Assembly (NCBI GenBank): GCA_977862235.1
Contig: OZ374558.1
Location: 2,046,001 to 2,110,000, forward strand
Length of the DNA stretch: 64,000 nucleotides
Source: Dudresnaya verticillata
Taxonomy: Eukaryota
Reading direction: 5' to 3'
The position numbers were made by a program, and so were the translations under genes. The notes beneath the pieces are model-generated. The model did not search any database. It was not told where the DNA came from and saw nothing but the letters and a program-made list of their open reading frames with translations. Shown in pieces: positions 33,330 through 46,222 of this stretch. The first letter of the stretch is position 1. The number at the start of each line of letters is the position of its first letter.

Positions 33330-34330
33330 GATTGCCATCACCGTTCCAATTGCTCGCGCAGCCTTCACGACGCCCTTCGAAAGCCACTCCCATTCTCCGC
33401 TCAAACCTTCCCTTTCGTACCGCATTTTTCCTCCCGGTGCCACCCTCCTGCTTCCTTCCTTTCATGGACACCCAGTCCGTCACACCACCTTTCTACCACG
33501 CAGGACATCTCCACACAATCTCATGCCCGTGCTGCAGGCAGCCTTCAACGTAGTTGGCGCGGCCGATGCTTCCTCAGCCTTGCCAATGCCGACGTCGGGG
33601 CGTACGTCTGTGGCATTGCGCGCGGGCTCGCGCAGCACATGTGGCTAGTACAGATACTGCTCTTTGCGGTAGGGATGCTCCAAGGGTCACGCAGTTTGCC
33701 TTTATTCACTTTTGGGCAAATATCGCTCCGCGCCATTGCCGCCAAGAGCAGACAGGCCGCGAACATCCCGGTTGCTCTCAGAACTGCGCAGGAAATCTTC
33801 CTCTTCCAAGATCTGGGGCACTTGAGAACCGCACAAGCCACTTGAAGCGGCTTCATTCCCTAATCGGAGGAGGACCCGAGTGCGTGATGATGAAGAGCAA
33901 TTTGTTGCCTCAGAATATCAGGACGACATCTGTTCTCGCGTCGCTAAGAGCGCGATGCAGCAAAGTTAGGAGGGAAGTCAAATCTCCGGGATATCGCCTC
34001 CAAAACCAAGATTTCTCAGCTTTAGGGCATCAAGCAGGGCAGGGCTCTGTAACCCTCCCCATACGTTGCAAGTCACTGTTGTATTTTCGGGACCAAAGCA
34101 GGTACTACAACGCGCACTCTACATATGGCAACGATGAAGGCCGAAGCGAACAGGATTTGTCCCAGAAAATTCTTATATAGTGAGAGATGGGGAACTTTAT
34201 GGTAGGGTTCGTATATATATATTTATATAGTGACGAAGAGCTCAGAGCTGTCTTGCCCAATCGAACTCATAACTTCTTGAGCTTTTCGTACGAATCAACA
34301 ACGACACTGGTGCACAGGCACTGACGAAAT
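33330..34330. repeat. Dispersed repeat family A (degenerate, transposon-derived)
   Basis: Homologous to 52200-53232 (+), 58485-59450 (inverted) and pieces at 41175-41300 and 42020-42330 (shared 'gcagccttcaacgtagttggcgcggccgat', 'aaaccaagatttctcagc'). Confidence 0.85.
34184..34222 (-). mobile_element. 39-bp retroposon-type micro-insertion with 11-bp TSD
   Basis: TSD ttatatagtga at 34173-34183 and 34223-34233. The insert is absent from the paralog near 53085. It is the reverse complement of cgaaccctaccataaagttccccatctc (also at 39011) plus an (AT)n filler. Confidence 0.75.
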
Positions 34331-36119
34331 CCTTCAAGGTGCGTATATGCAGTGAGCTGCTCATGTGTGTCCTCGCACTATCGTTAGAGCCGTAGAAAAC
34401 CGTCGAGAGCTTCGAGGATGTGCTTGGTAACCACGTTGCAACAGCCGACTTTGACCTCGGTGGTACTCTGCAGCTCAAAACTTGACAACATCTCTCCGGT
34501 GCTGTAGACAGGCAGATGGTTCATCGAGGGCGTTCCAATCTCGATCGGAAGAGGTTCGGCAGGTGATGAAGGAGTAGAATACGATTATTACGTTGTATTC
34601 CTTTGAACATATTCTAGATCGGCTCTGAATATAAACTGGTGGCCTTGCGGTAGAGCTCGGAAGGCACACGAAGGAAAGCAAGATGCTGAAGTTCTGCTTT
34701 TGCCGCAGATAACGAAAGCCATTGCCGCCGCTTGTTCGAATTGCCGTCGCATGTTCGACTCGTGCCAAACCATGTTCGATACATTTTCGGCTCTTGTGGA
34801 ACCTTCTTGATCTAACGCCTTGGGTCAGACAGGAACCAGCATCCAGAAACAGCTGCAGTTCAAGGCATGGGGCACGTTTATTCGTGACGATACCTCCCCG
34901 CGGCCGTGCACATTTGAGACAGTTGGGGAGCAACATGATATATGTATGTCCGGAACCCAGTGTGTTGGTGTATATGTAGCGGTAGGCTCCCTATCAAGGG
35001 AGGGCATATTCCTTCCTCGGCGTTTTTGAAGAGGAAGTTTCAGTAGCGCCATAGAGGGTTTACGGTAGCAGATTTCTGCAAATGCTCGTGACTAAATTCA
35101 GGAAAACATTACATTACTTACAGCCATTTGCTCCCAGGAGCAAATGGCTGTGACTGTATTTGCGGAATAGTGGCCGACTGGTCACGACCCGTGCGCAAAC
35201 CTGCTCACCCATTTGGCGCCAAGTCTGGCACCAAGTGCACGGCTTGCCCTCGACACAGAGCGCTGTACCCCACCACACCCAACCGCCATGGCCCAAGTTC
35301 AAGAAGAGGCAGGGCATGCCTCTACAGCGCCGCCAGCTCCCGCGCCAACCACACCGCTCACGCCGACGCCGCCTACCCCGCTCACGCCGACCCCGCCGCC
35401 GCTCACGCCGACGGCGACTCAGCACAGCCAGCACGGCTTGCGTAGTCCGCATGCGTCGCACATGCAAGTGCTTCGCACAGTCCTTCTGGCGAGTGATGCA
35501 GTAGTAATACTCCCGTTCTACTCCCGTTTGGCCAACCGTAAGCGCACCGTGCCCCACGCGGCGAATAGAGGGACTGCAAAAGGGCCGAAAATATCTCACC
35601 GGTGATTCGGTCACATTTATTGCAGTTACTGCTTGTACCGTAAGCTCACTATTATGCAGTGGGCTACAACAGCGACAGGGAGTCTGGAATGAGTCGTTCG
35701 ATCATGGTGTGGAGCACGACTGATTCTTGGAGGTAGTCCGCAGCACAAGCCGCGCAGCTCGATTGGCTCAAGCGGACTCCTAAACTCTCAAAACGACCGA
35801 CCGACTTGAAGCCGCGCAACGCACACTTCGGCGCTCTGCTTCTCTTTTCGCCAACCGCCAGTTCCCACGAACGAATATGATTGGGTGTTTCTTTGACACC
35901 ACGGCTCGTCCGAAACGCCCAAAAGTCCCCAAACGGTGCCATCCCATTGGCCAACGGGCCAACCATTCATTTCGCGATCTGTCCGCAGTTGCGGCGGTGC
36001 CCTTTCGCGCACTTCGCAGCGCGCGAACAGCTCGAGCCGGCACCGCCGATGGCCACCACAAATCTGGTAGCGATGATACAAGCAACGCTGGGTACACTCA
36101 GGGTTCGAACCGCAGGCGA

Positions 36120-37320
36120 CGCAACATATTTATCGACGATCTTGCGCACTCTCTCTGCCAACGAACTGCGAGGACAGTACAAAATCCTCCAGGTCGACTG
36201 TTCGCTGACGACTGTTTACTACATTTGAGCTCTCCCACGGAGCTCCGCACAGCCCTCAGTGCCTGCCAAGACTGGGCTAACCAAAACCGCATGATATGGT
36301 CGGTACAAAAATGCACAGTACTACTGCCCCGGCGCCACCGTCTACGAAAGACCACATCGAGTTTCACAATCAGTGGTCACCGCATCCCGCTCCGAGACTC
36401 AGCGACTTACTTAGGCGTTGAAATCTCCCCAAACGGGATCAGCACAAGCGCAACCTTGCGCCGTATTGTTACCGCCAAGAAGTCCCTAGGAGCACTCCTG
36501 CAGATGGGTTTTATCTCCTCTGAAATGTCCCCGGCCGCTGCCAGATTCTCCTACGACACCTTCATAAGACCCGTGTACGAACACGGCTGTGCGCTCGTCC
36601 CATACGACCAAGGTATCCACCAAGCCATCCATGACCTGGACAGTGCCTTCTTCCGACTGATAATAGCACAACGACAGACCCGAATGTCTGTGCGCCGGGT
36701 TAACAAACTGAGGGCCTTGTTCCGCCTTCCCCCACCACTGAACCGCCAACGCTCCATGCAACACAAAATGATCCACAGCCTACTCCGCCTGCAACACGCA
36801 CCTAAGACCCCCGCGGCCTGGCACGCTCCGCGAACGCTCTCGGCCCTCCAGACACTTACACGCTCCCCGATGCACGAAGCTGTCAACGTCCGGCGCACTG
36901 GAAGGTCCTCCAGGCGGAACTACTGGATACTTGGAAGGAAGCTTTGCAAGGACGTCGCCCAGCACCAGTACAGGACAATCCGAAAATATTTCCCCCCGCC
37001 CTGCAGCTACAAGCTCACCGTGACCGGAAGCTCGCCTTGCGCTGGCACCTCGGCACATTCCCGATTCCCCCCAAATGCCTCTGCCCGTGCCCGGCTGCAA
37101 CAGCTCACACCGAAGCTCAATGCCCTGACCAGCACCGACACAAGTAGAATCGCACTGCAGTCCATCTCCGATACGATCCGTGCTATTCGCGAGCTTAGTG
37201 ACCTCGAGTCCTCACTACCAAAAACGAACTAGCCCCACCCCCACCCAAGGTGTGCCTGGAAATGGGCCTTAGTTGCCCGCACAGGACCACGTTAAACAAA
37301 ATAAACAATTCAACATCACA
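36120..37320 (+). mobile_element. 5'-truncated LINE (RT C-terminal half), frameshifted, with A-rich 3' tail
   Basis: Motifs NIFIDDL, LFADDCLL, W...N.M.W...KC, ATYLGVEI. Tail gttaaacaaaataaacaattcaac. Flanks rejoin as 'ggccaccacaa|ttgcaacgcggg' in the empty paralog near 43595. Confidence 0.88.
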
Positions 37321-38900
37321 ATTGCAACGCGGGAGCTCTCGCCACGGTAAATACGAAGCCGCTCCGAACGGCGCGCACTGCCGTTCAGCACGCGCGCCAA
37401 CATTCAATCAGGAATCCCCGTTTGGCTTTCCCAGGATGCGCCAATCGAAGACGCCCCTGAAACGCGGTTTGCGCCGCGGGTCCTACAATTATCGCACCAG
37501 ACGAGGCAGCATGCGCTAGGACGCAGCCGCATATAACTGCGTCTCACTTCGTCTCCAACACCACATCCCGCCCCCACCCCTCCTAGAACATAGCCTCGTC
37601 ATCCTCCCCGAATACCCCATATGCTCGGTTGAGCATTGAAAGCTGTAGCGTATGCGGCTAGCCGCAGTGAGGGGTATCCAATTTTCTTATACTGTATGGG
37701 TTCACTGTGCATGACGCCATCTATAGCTGGAAGCTTCTCAAGGATATAGAGTATTGTTGTAATGAATCTCGGGATCGGAGCGGACAGAGCGGGACCCTTG
37801 TGATTTATCAGAGGGATGCGGCGATTGGCAGCTCTTCTCAAGAGCTCTCTTCGCGTTTCTCCACAATCCTTACCTCCCGTCCATTCTCCAACGGCGTCCG
37901 CAATCTTACAACTGCCCGGTGCAAGCGAAAGAGTCTTTCCGTGACTCAGACCCTCTCCGGGAGTTATAACTGCTTGTATACATGCATATTTGGCAAGCAG
38001 TCAGCACTGATCACGGCGGCGTGTAAATGGGGTAAACGTCACTTTACGAAGAGGAGGAGAGCTTTATTAACGAACAAGAGAGAAGCCGAAAGCGATTTTT
38101 GTATATGAGAGAGAGACCTTTATTAAAGAACAAGAGAGAGAAGCCCCTTTAGGGGCTTAGGATACAGAGATGCCGTAAAGAGGCGGAGGAGCAAGCTTGC
38201 GGCGGTTGACACTCACCGCGACGCATTGGAGACCATTTGTATATGGAGAAAATAATCGAACGTAGAAACCAAGCTTCCCCGACCTGGCAGCGACCACATA
38301 AAAGTGAGCGCTCTGCGCAGTTGCGCAGGATGTAATTCTAGAGCCGCTGGCTTCGTAGGGACGCAATATGGAGGTGAAAAGCACTTGGGATTGAGAAATA
38401 TTCCGTGAGGCGTGCTGAGGCGTGCAGAGGCGCGCAGAGATGCGCTGAGCGACGGAGGCGGTTCGGAAGACGACGTGCTTCGAACTTGAGCCAATCAGAC
38501 GGTGCAGATCTTCCTGTTAGGACACCTGTCGCACAATATGTCCAACCAAATGTGCCCATTGCCGGACGGCGCATGTGCTGCGCCGCGCCGCGCAAACCCA
38601 CCGAAGCCGGGGCGTAAGGTGCAGCAGTGGCGTGTCCGGCCCAGCGCACGATCCCTGATCGGATCTACGGGATCGAGCCACACGTCTTGCAGCCCTCCCA
38701 CTAAGAAGCATTCGCCTTCTTCAATCTCTACGTCTCGACGCAGAACGAGGATGTATCTTTTCGAACAATGTCCGCGACCGTATTGCTACTGCAGCGTGAT
38801 TGGAATCTGCAACAAATCGTGAGTAGCTGCCTTCCTCTCTCCGCGCCGGACCGATGAAGATGCCCATCCCTCAGGAGGGCCGCTAGGATCGCAACATGTG
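37316..38900. repeat. Dispersed repeat family C, direct copy at about 43547-45630
   Basis: Near-identical shadow ORFs (37707/43988, 38213/44502). The second copy carries extra sequence at about 44870-45330. Confidence 0.9.
38056..38330 (-). mobile_element. 3' end of CRE-like retroposon with doubled AATAAAG(G)-(TC)n tail; second copy at 44336-44620
   Basis: 'RLFSPYTNGLQCVAVSVNRRKLAPPP' is homologous to 'RLLSLALQCAAGSINRRKLALPP' downstream of the RLE at 62.7-63.1 kb. Tail ttctctcttgttctttaataaaggtctctctc occurs twice (first copy slightly degenerate). Confidence 0.7.
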
Positions 38901-38912
38901 GGGCGCACACTC

Positions 38913-39040
38913 AAGTCCACCCTCCCGCGTGCAAAAGTGCGTGTCTATGCGCTACGAAACCACCCTCGCTCTCAGCGCCTCGAATTCATGCCACTAGCTT
39001 CAAGGCCCTTCGAACCCTACCATAAAGTTCCCCATCTCTC
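38913..39040 (+). mobile_element. ~130-bp 3' end of second retroposon family (…ccataaagttccccatctctc)
   Basis: Interrupts the host repeat at a ctc|a site relative to the paralog at 45630-45670. The same terminus occurs at 34184 and 42143. Confidence 0.55.
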
Positions 39041-40578
39041 AGCAGATCGCAAACGAAGATTATGTTCCTACTAAAAACTTCAAAGAAGAAGTTTTATCTC
39101 TTGGCGGAAGGAGAATGAGTATCACAAGGACAGTGCAGTGCTTTGGTGTACCGCCGTAATGAGATGTATCTCATTGCGTTACGGTGCTAGCTTTGATTGA
39201 AATGTATGTGTCTGTTGGGATTCTTCTTTAACATGTGGTAGTTTATTCTATTGCTGCTTGCACGACAACCTCTCGACTGGATTAATAAATCGGTCCAAGC
39301 CAAGTGATGTTAACGATTATTGGGGTCGGAGATAGAGCAAGGGTGACTAAGATGGACGCAGCGCTACATAAGGAGGCATAGCGGAGCCGGATGGAGCGTG
39401 GTGATGGCCGTAGTGGTCGTGTGGCTGCGGCGCGATCGGCTCTGTGCGTGTTGACTAAGGTGTTCGCATTTGCGCCACTATCATGATGAAAATCACCATC
39501 ATGTTCGAGTTGCACTCGTTGCTCCGAGCAAACTTGCTCGTGTCTACTCCTTCATGGCAATAAAAACTATGAACAAAATGACCTTATTTGTCTCACCATT
39601 GAACAACTGCACATACTGTACTGCTAAAAAATCTCTTTTGTTCTCAGTAAGACTAAGCGGGTTACGGTGCACGCATTGATGACGGTGTGAAACGCGATTA
39701 AAGTTCTGTTCGTGCAAGTCCTGTTACAGTCCTTGGATGCAAATAAACAGCAGACGTGACGTTTTAAACGTTACAAGCGCTCAAAGCGCTCCACACGGAA
39801 GGGCAAGTTCTCGACTCAGCACGGTTACAAATTGGCTATGCGAGCCACAAAGTTACACGGTGTGACACAGTCTCACGGTGTGGCATGGATGTGATTCCTG
39901 GAGCTATCACAAAGGCACGGAGTGCATTTCACTCGCCGGCTTGCATCGATTTGCTGAATGGAGCTTCGCAGAGCTTCGCGGAGAAAGGGGAGAGGAGATT
40001 TACGCCAAGGGGTTCGAACTGAGCTGAGCTGCGGAGGCTTTCTTGGAGGTAACGTGACCGTTCAGCCAATCGGAAAGAGTCTCTTTTCCTGGTGCTGGAA
40101 TCCGGAAACATCCAACCAGGCATCTGCTTACTGCCGGGATCGTTTGATCCGTTGGTGAGATCCAATTCCGCTCGTGCCTCGCATGTAGTCTAGCTTCACT
40201 CAGCACAAGTAGACAAAATGCGTACCAAACAGTGCCGGGAGGTGGTCTTCTACATAGCGGTGATAGCGGAGCATGTCCTGCACGACCTCTGTTCAGGCGG
40301 CTTCGCAAGAAGGCGGAAGAAGTAGAGCGTCCGGATTTGTAGCGACGGTCATGATGACTAAGGTTTAGTGCATCTTGGCGACCAGGATGCGCGGATCCAA
40401 GAGGTTTGATACTGTTGGGCTCTAGTCTGGTGATAGACGGGTGTTTGGTGGGGTGTTGATCGGTCATCTTGGTAACTGGGTGCTGGCAGGTGGTTGCCCT
40501 TACCTATATCCCACGTGAGCTCTACCATGCGAGCATTCCCTTCGCATCCATACGCCTTGGAGGATGAACCCAAGCACA

Positions 40579-40842
40579 TCATTCACAAGACGCAATCTCT
40601 TCGGTATCATCGTCATCGAAACGCCAGATGGCCACGTCAAGATCCACGATCTCAGACTTCCTGGACTCGTCACAGTACAAAACCAAAAACTGATTCGTCA
40701 TGTAGGCAAATCTCGAGAAGAGTATTGCACGATAGAACCGCTTATGCTTAAGACAATAAATCCTGACCATGTCGTTCGTGAGGGGCCTTCGTTTGGTGGG
40801 ATCTTCATTGTCTTCCTTCCTTTCATTCTGGGCATCCGCCAT
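40579..40842 (-). pseudogene. Tudor/Agenet-like domain ORF in dispersed repeat family B (copy 1)
   Basis: VRIYCLKHKRFYRAILFSRFAYMTNQFLVLYCDESRKSEIVDLDVAIWRF resembles the MSH6/PDS5-type Tudor pattern V.V.W..D..FY.G.V......H.V.YDDG..E.L.L..E.W. Confidence 0.55.
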
Positions 40843-41368
40843 GACGGAAAGATGCCTCCTGAGCTGACGCGAATGCTAAGAAGTGTAACTTGTGTTCGGG
40901 CAGGACTTCTTGATGCGCCCGGAATGCGTTCCCCTCAGACTCAATCCCGGAGAAGTGTCCCTTCTGTCGATGCGTGAGCGGTAGTCCTCATCCGTGTTGC
41001 TCATCGCGAAATGCAGGACTCCTTTTATCCACAGTTACGGTTGGAGTGGCCGTTCAATGTTAGAGGGATTTCCAGCGGGAAGGGAAACACTTGATCAGAA
41101 ACGGCGGGAAGACGGTGTACGCTTTAAGGCGGAAGAGAAAACCGTCTTCATTTAGATTTCCAAAGAAATCGCGCGAAATGGCATTTCGATTTTGTTTCGT
41201 GCGCAGCTTGGACACCATTCCAATCGCTCGCGCAGCCAACCGGACACCCTTCGAATGTCACTCGCATTCTCCTCTTAAGCCTCCCCTTTCGTACCTCATT
41301 CTTCCTCTCGGCGCTTTCCCACCTCCACCCTTCGACCCCCCCCTCCCGCGCCCCACCGCCCACGCGCA

Positions 41369-41821
41369 ATGGCGTCATTGGCTTCCACTTCTTCCGACCT
41401 CCACCCTTCCAGCCCCCCTCCCGCGCCCCACCGCCCACGCGCAATGGCGCCATTGACTTCCACTTCTTCCGACCTCCACCCTTCCAGCTCCCCTCCTGCG
41501 CCCCTTCCCGCGCCACCTCCCGCGCCCCACCGCCCATGCACAATGGCGCCATTGACTTCCACTCCTGCTTCAAGTACACCTCTGGGCAACACTAGTCTCC
41601 ACAGGGATACACACGTTGTTACGAAGAGGCCGAGAGCTAAGAGGCCAAGAGCTAAGAGGCCGAGAGCACTGCCTCCTGCCCAAGATGATGGAGAGCGGGA
41701 GACAAAGGGTAGAGTGGAATCAAGCGCTCCGCCTTGCGGAGCAAAGCGTGAGTGCAGATCGCAAGATTGTGTCATGTGTCAGCTCGTGTACAACTCTGAT
41801 CAGCAGGAAACATCACAGTGA
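41369..41821 (+). CDS. Hypothetical 150-aa Pro-rich ORF with in-frame tandem repeats, (KRPRA)3 and a Cys cluster, inserted in repeat A
   Basis: Repeat units of 75 and 99 bp (41342, 41417, 41516) and three 15-bp repeats preserve frame. C-terminal CGAKRECRSQDCVMC. Confidence 0.35.
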   Translation: MASLASTSSDLHPSSPPPAPHRPRAMAPLTSTSSDLHPSSSPPAPLPAPPPAPHRPCTMAPLTSTPASSTPLGNTSLHRDTHVVTKRPRAKRPRAKRPRALPPAQDDGERETKGRVESSAPPCGAKRECRSQDCVMCQLVYNSDQQETSQ

Positions 41822-42333
41822 TATAAGGTTATATCGACCACAAGTTTGAGGCATGGTGGTATATACAATTGACTGCATGCAGGAGCGGCTGGGTCAACCC
41901 CAGTCCGATACTGTAGCCAGAAACTGCAACCTGCGGTAATAGGAGGGCATTGTTCTTCAGGGGACCCAGTCGGAAGGCGGGGGGTCCAGAGTGGCACACC
42001 TTGAAGTTGCTGCTCAAGGAAAAACTTTGTGGCCGCATTCTTCCTCCGAGCACAACCCTCGCCACACTGCTTGCTTTTCGCATGTACACCCCGTCCGTCA
42101 TGCTGCCTTTCTCCCACACAGGGCATCTCTATCAACCTAGTTCCCTTCGAAACCTACAATAAAGTTCCCCATCTCTACTCTATCTGTGTCAAATAGGTGA
42201 TACCCGTGCTGCAGACAGACTTAAACGCAGTTGGCGCGGCCGATCCTTCCTCAGTCCTGACCATGCCGAAGATGTCGTGACGTACGTCTGAGTCGTTGCG
42301 CGCGAGCTCGCACAGCACATCGATCCACTCGCA

Positions 42334-43540
42334 GTGGCAATTTGTCATGAACTCCGCCGCGGCCCGCAGAAGCTACCGGGAAGGCTTCTGGCCAACGATT
42401 GCCTCCTCCATGTGGGCTCAGTCGCCTCCCTTCGCGCCGCGCTACGAGTCTGCGATAATCGGGCCAGCGATAACAACATGGTCTGGTCCTCCACGAAGTG
42501 CTTCATTCTTCTACCGACTCGCCATGGCCGCCGCCCTACGTCTGCAAGGCTGCAGTTTAATGGAGAGGACTTAATTGTAACGGATTCCGCGACCTACCTT
42601 GGAGCTGAACTCACAACCACGGGAATTGGCTCCGCCTCGACTGTCGCTCGCACCCGGAAGGCGAAGAGGCTCCTGGGCAACCTCAAGCCTCTCCGCCACG
42701 TATCCTCCTCGATGCCAATAGCCGCCGCCAGGTCGCGCATGTTCTTGCGACCCGTCTACGAGTATGCCCTCGCCGTCTCTCCACTCGACGCCCTCGCCTT
42801 ACAACACATCGGGGACGCTGAATCTTGTTACCTCCGCACTGTCATAGGGCAACGGTCCGAGTCCGTGCCGCGGCGTCGTTTATCGAAGCTGCGTGCCCTG
42901 TTCCGCATCGTCCACCCCGCCGACAGACGGTCCGACCTACAGAGCATGTTGGTACTGCTCCTACGCCGGCTCTCATCTTCCCGCTCCCCTAAGCTCTCCT
43001 GGGCTGCCCGCACGACCCTAGATTCCCTCTCGCGCTCGCCTGACCACTCGCTTCGTAGCGCCGTTGCCTGCCCCAAGTCCGCAGCTGAGCGGCACGCCCT
43101 GCACCTGCTACGCTGGCGCCTTGACCTCCAAGGGCGACGACCTGCTCCAGTTTATACGTCTGACCGCCTTGCTCCCGCTCTGGAACTACCTGTGTCCGCT
43201 CACCGCCATCTCGCAGTCCGCTGGCATCTGGGTACATTCCCGATCCCACCCCCCCCCCGATTCCGCTCTCGCCGCACGCGTCCGAATCGCTTCCACAACA
43301 CTGGCACTGCTGGGCCAGCCTGCCCCCACCTCGGCCACGCTACGTGAAGTCTCCCAGAGCATTCAAGACATTCGCCGCGTTGGCTTTCAACGCAGTCAGC
43401 CTCCCGACTCCGCCCCTTCAACCCAATAGCACGCATTGAAGATATACAGTCGTTGTTCCTCCTTCCCATGCGATAGTGTGCTGGCTCATAGGCCTTTTGT
43501 TGCCGATGCCGGTGCACTCAAAACCGTCCTATAAAGTTTA
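42334..43540 (+). mobile_element. 5'-truncated LINE RT fragment (related subfamily), frameshifted
   Basis: LLANDCLL, NNMVWSSTKC, ATYLGAEL, FLRPVYEY, KLRALFR and RWHLGTFPIPP are shared with the 36120 element. Confidence 0.85.
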
Positions 43541-46180
43541 ATATCATTTCGCAGCGCACGAACAGCTCGAGCCGGCACCGCCGATGGCCACCACAATTGC
43601 AACGCGGGAGCTCTCGCCACGATAGATACGAAGCCGCTCCGAACCGCAGGCACTGCCGTTCAGCATGCGCGCCAACATTCAATCAGGAAACCCCGTTTGG
43701 TTTCCCCAGGATGCGCCAAACGAAGACGCCCCCGAAACGCGGTTTGCGCCGCGGGTCCTACAATTATCGCACCAGACGAGGCAGCATGCGCCAGGACGCA
43801 GCCGCATATAACTGCGTCTCACTTCGTCTCCAACACCACATCAGCGCCCCCACCCCTCGCAGAACATAGCCTCGTCATCCTCCCCGAATACCCCATATGC
43901 TCGGTTGAGCATTGGAAGCTGTAGCGTATGCATAGCAGCTAGCCGCAGTGAGGGATATCCAATTTTCTTATACTGTATGGGTTCACTGTGCATGACGCCA
44001 TCTATAGCTGGAAGCTTCTCAAGGAGATAGAGTATTGTTGTAATGAATCCCGGGATCGGAGCGGTCACGGCGGGATCCTTGTGATTTACCAGAGGGATAC
44101 GGCGATTGGCAGCTCTTCTCAAGAGCTCTCTTCGCGTTTCTCCACAATCCTTACCTCCCGTCCATTCTCCAACGGCGTCCGCAATCTTACAACTGCCCGG
44201 TGCAAGCGAAAGAGTCTTTCCGTGACTCAGACCCTCTCCGGGAGTTATAACTGCTTGTATACATGCATATTTGGCAAGCAATAAGCACTGATCACGGCGG
44301 CGTGTAAATGGGGTAAACGTCACTTTACGAAGACGAGGAGACCTTTATTAAAGAACAAGAGAGAAGCCGAAAGCGATTTTTGTATATGAGAGAGAGAGAC
44401 CTTTATTAAAGAACAAGAGAGAGAAGCCCCTTTAGGGGGCTTAGGATACAGAGCTGAGATACCGTAAAGAGGCGGAGGAGCAAGCTTGCGGCGGTTGACA
44501 CTCACCGCGACGCATTGGAGAACATTTGTATACGGAGAAAATAATCGAACATAGAAACCAAGCTTCCCCGACCTGGCAGCGACCACATAAAAGTGAGCGC
44601 TCTGCGCAGTTGCGCAGGATGTAATGCTAGAGCCGCTGGCTTCGTAGGGACGCAATATGGAGGTGAAAAGCACTTGGGATTGAGAAATATTCCGTGAGGC
44701 GTGCTGAGGCGTGCTGAGGCGCGCAGAGATGCGCTGAGCGACGGAGGCGGTTCGGAAGACGACGTGCTTCGAACTTGAGCCAATCAGACGGTGCAGATCT
44801 TCCTGTTAAGACACCTGTCGCAAAATATGTCCAACCAAATGTGCCCATTGCGGGACGGCGCATGTGCTCCGCTTGACACCGCTGCTGGCGGAAAATGCAC
44901 CGCCGCGGGAGAAGAAGAAACAGACAGAAAAGAACGGCCGAGGCGCCGGCGACAAAAGCAACTTGCGCGCCCTGTGTCGCTGTGAGGAAATGTACCACGT
45001 TTGCGTTTATTTCTCAACCGCTCCATGTCCGCTGTGCTGCAGTCGCTCAAACGCGTCACACCTGCCGCCGTCCCACTCTATGCAGCAACACCGAATCCCG
45101 ATTCCGGCACCCCACGCCAGTGTGCTGAACCGAGAAAGCCCTCAACACATCCGCGCGCATCTGCTCATCCGATCCTCGCGCATCGGCGCTATGTTCGCCC
45201 ACCCGCGGCATGCGCTGCTCAGTCGGCCGATCGCCCCTCCAGCACTTGACGCCAATTCAACCACCGAGCGCGCATCGTCCTCTGCAGTTCCCACCTCACT
45301 GCTCTTCTTTCCTGCCCCGCCCAACCCCACTGAGGCCGGGGCTTAAGGCGCGGCAGCGGTGTTTCCCGCCCAGCGCACGATACCTCAACGGATCTACGGG
45401 CTCGAACCACACATCTTGCGACACCTTCCCACCAGGAAGCCAACGCCTTCTTCAAAATATTCGTCTCGACGCAGAACCAGGATGTATCTTTGCGAACAAT
45501 GTCCCCGACCGCATTGATTCTGCAGCGCGATTGGAATCGGCACCAGATCGTGAGCAGCTGCCTTCCTCTCTCCGCGCCGGATCGATGAAGAAGCCCCTCC
45601 CTCTACGCAGGAGGGGCGCCAGGATCACACTTTGTGGAATGCGCATTTCGGCCATATCGAAACGTATCTTTCCTGGGAGGTGGTCTTCGAGATAGTGGTG
45701 ATACTGGAGCTTGTCCTGCGCTAGCTCCGTCTGACCTGCTTCGAGAAACGGCGGGAGAAGTATAGCTGTTAGCGTCCTTTTGTCCGGATTTGGAGCGTCG
45801 GTCATGATGAACAAGGTTTTGTGCATCTCGGCGACCAGGTTGCGCGGATCCAAGAAGTTCGATTTTGTTCGGTCCAATTCTGTCGATAGACGGCTGTGTT
45901 TGGTGGGGTGATTTTCATCGGTCATCTTGGTTGTTGGGCAGTGGGAGGTGCGTGCCTGTACTTCTATCCCGCGTGCGCAGTAACAGGCGAGCATTACCTT
46001 CGTTACCATACGCCTTGGAGCATAAACCCAAGCACATCATTGACAAGACGCGCTCTCTTCGGTATTATCGTCATCGAAACACCAGATGGTCACGTCAAGA
46101 TCCATGATCTCAGGCTTCCTGGACTCGTCGCAGTAAAAAAACAAAAACTGATTCGTCATGTAGGCAAATATCGAGAAGAG

Positions 46181-46222
46181 AGAGAGAGACCTTTATTAAA
46201 CAACAAGAGAGAACAAACAACA
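46181..46222 (-). mobile_element. 42-bp CRE-like retroposon 3' micro-insertion with 11-bp TSD, interrupting a Tudor-like ORF copy
   Basis: TSD atcgagaagag at 46170-46180 and 46223-46233. Insert on the minus strand reads tgttgtttgttctctcttgttgtttaataaaggtctctctct. Empty site at about 60840-60860. Confidence 0.88.

Noticed and set aside
34181..39041. Perfect 31-bp inverted pair resembling hAT TIRs of a 4.9-kb transposon
   Set aside because: No matching flanking TSD. The left copy has its own 11-bp TSD and the host repeat continues on both sides, so independent micro-insertions explain it better.
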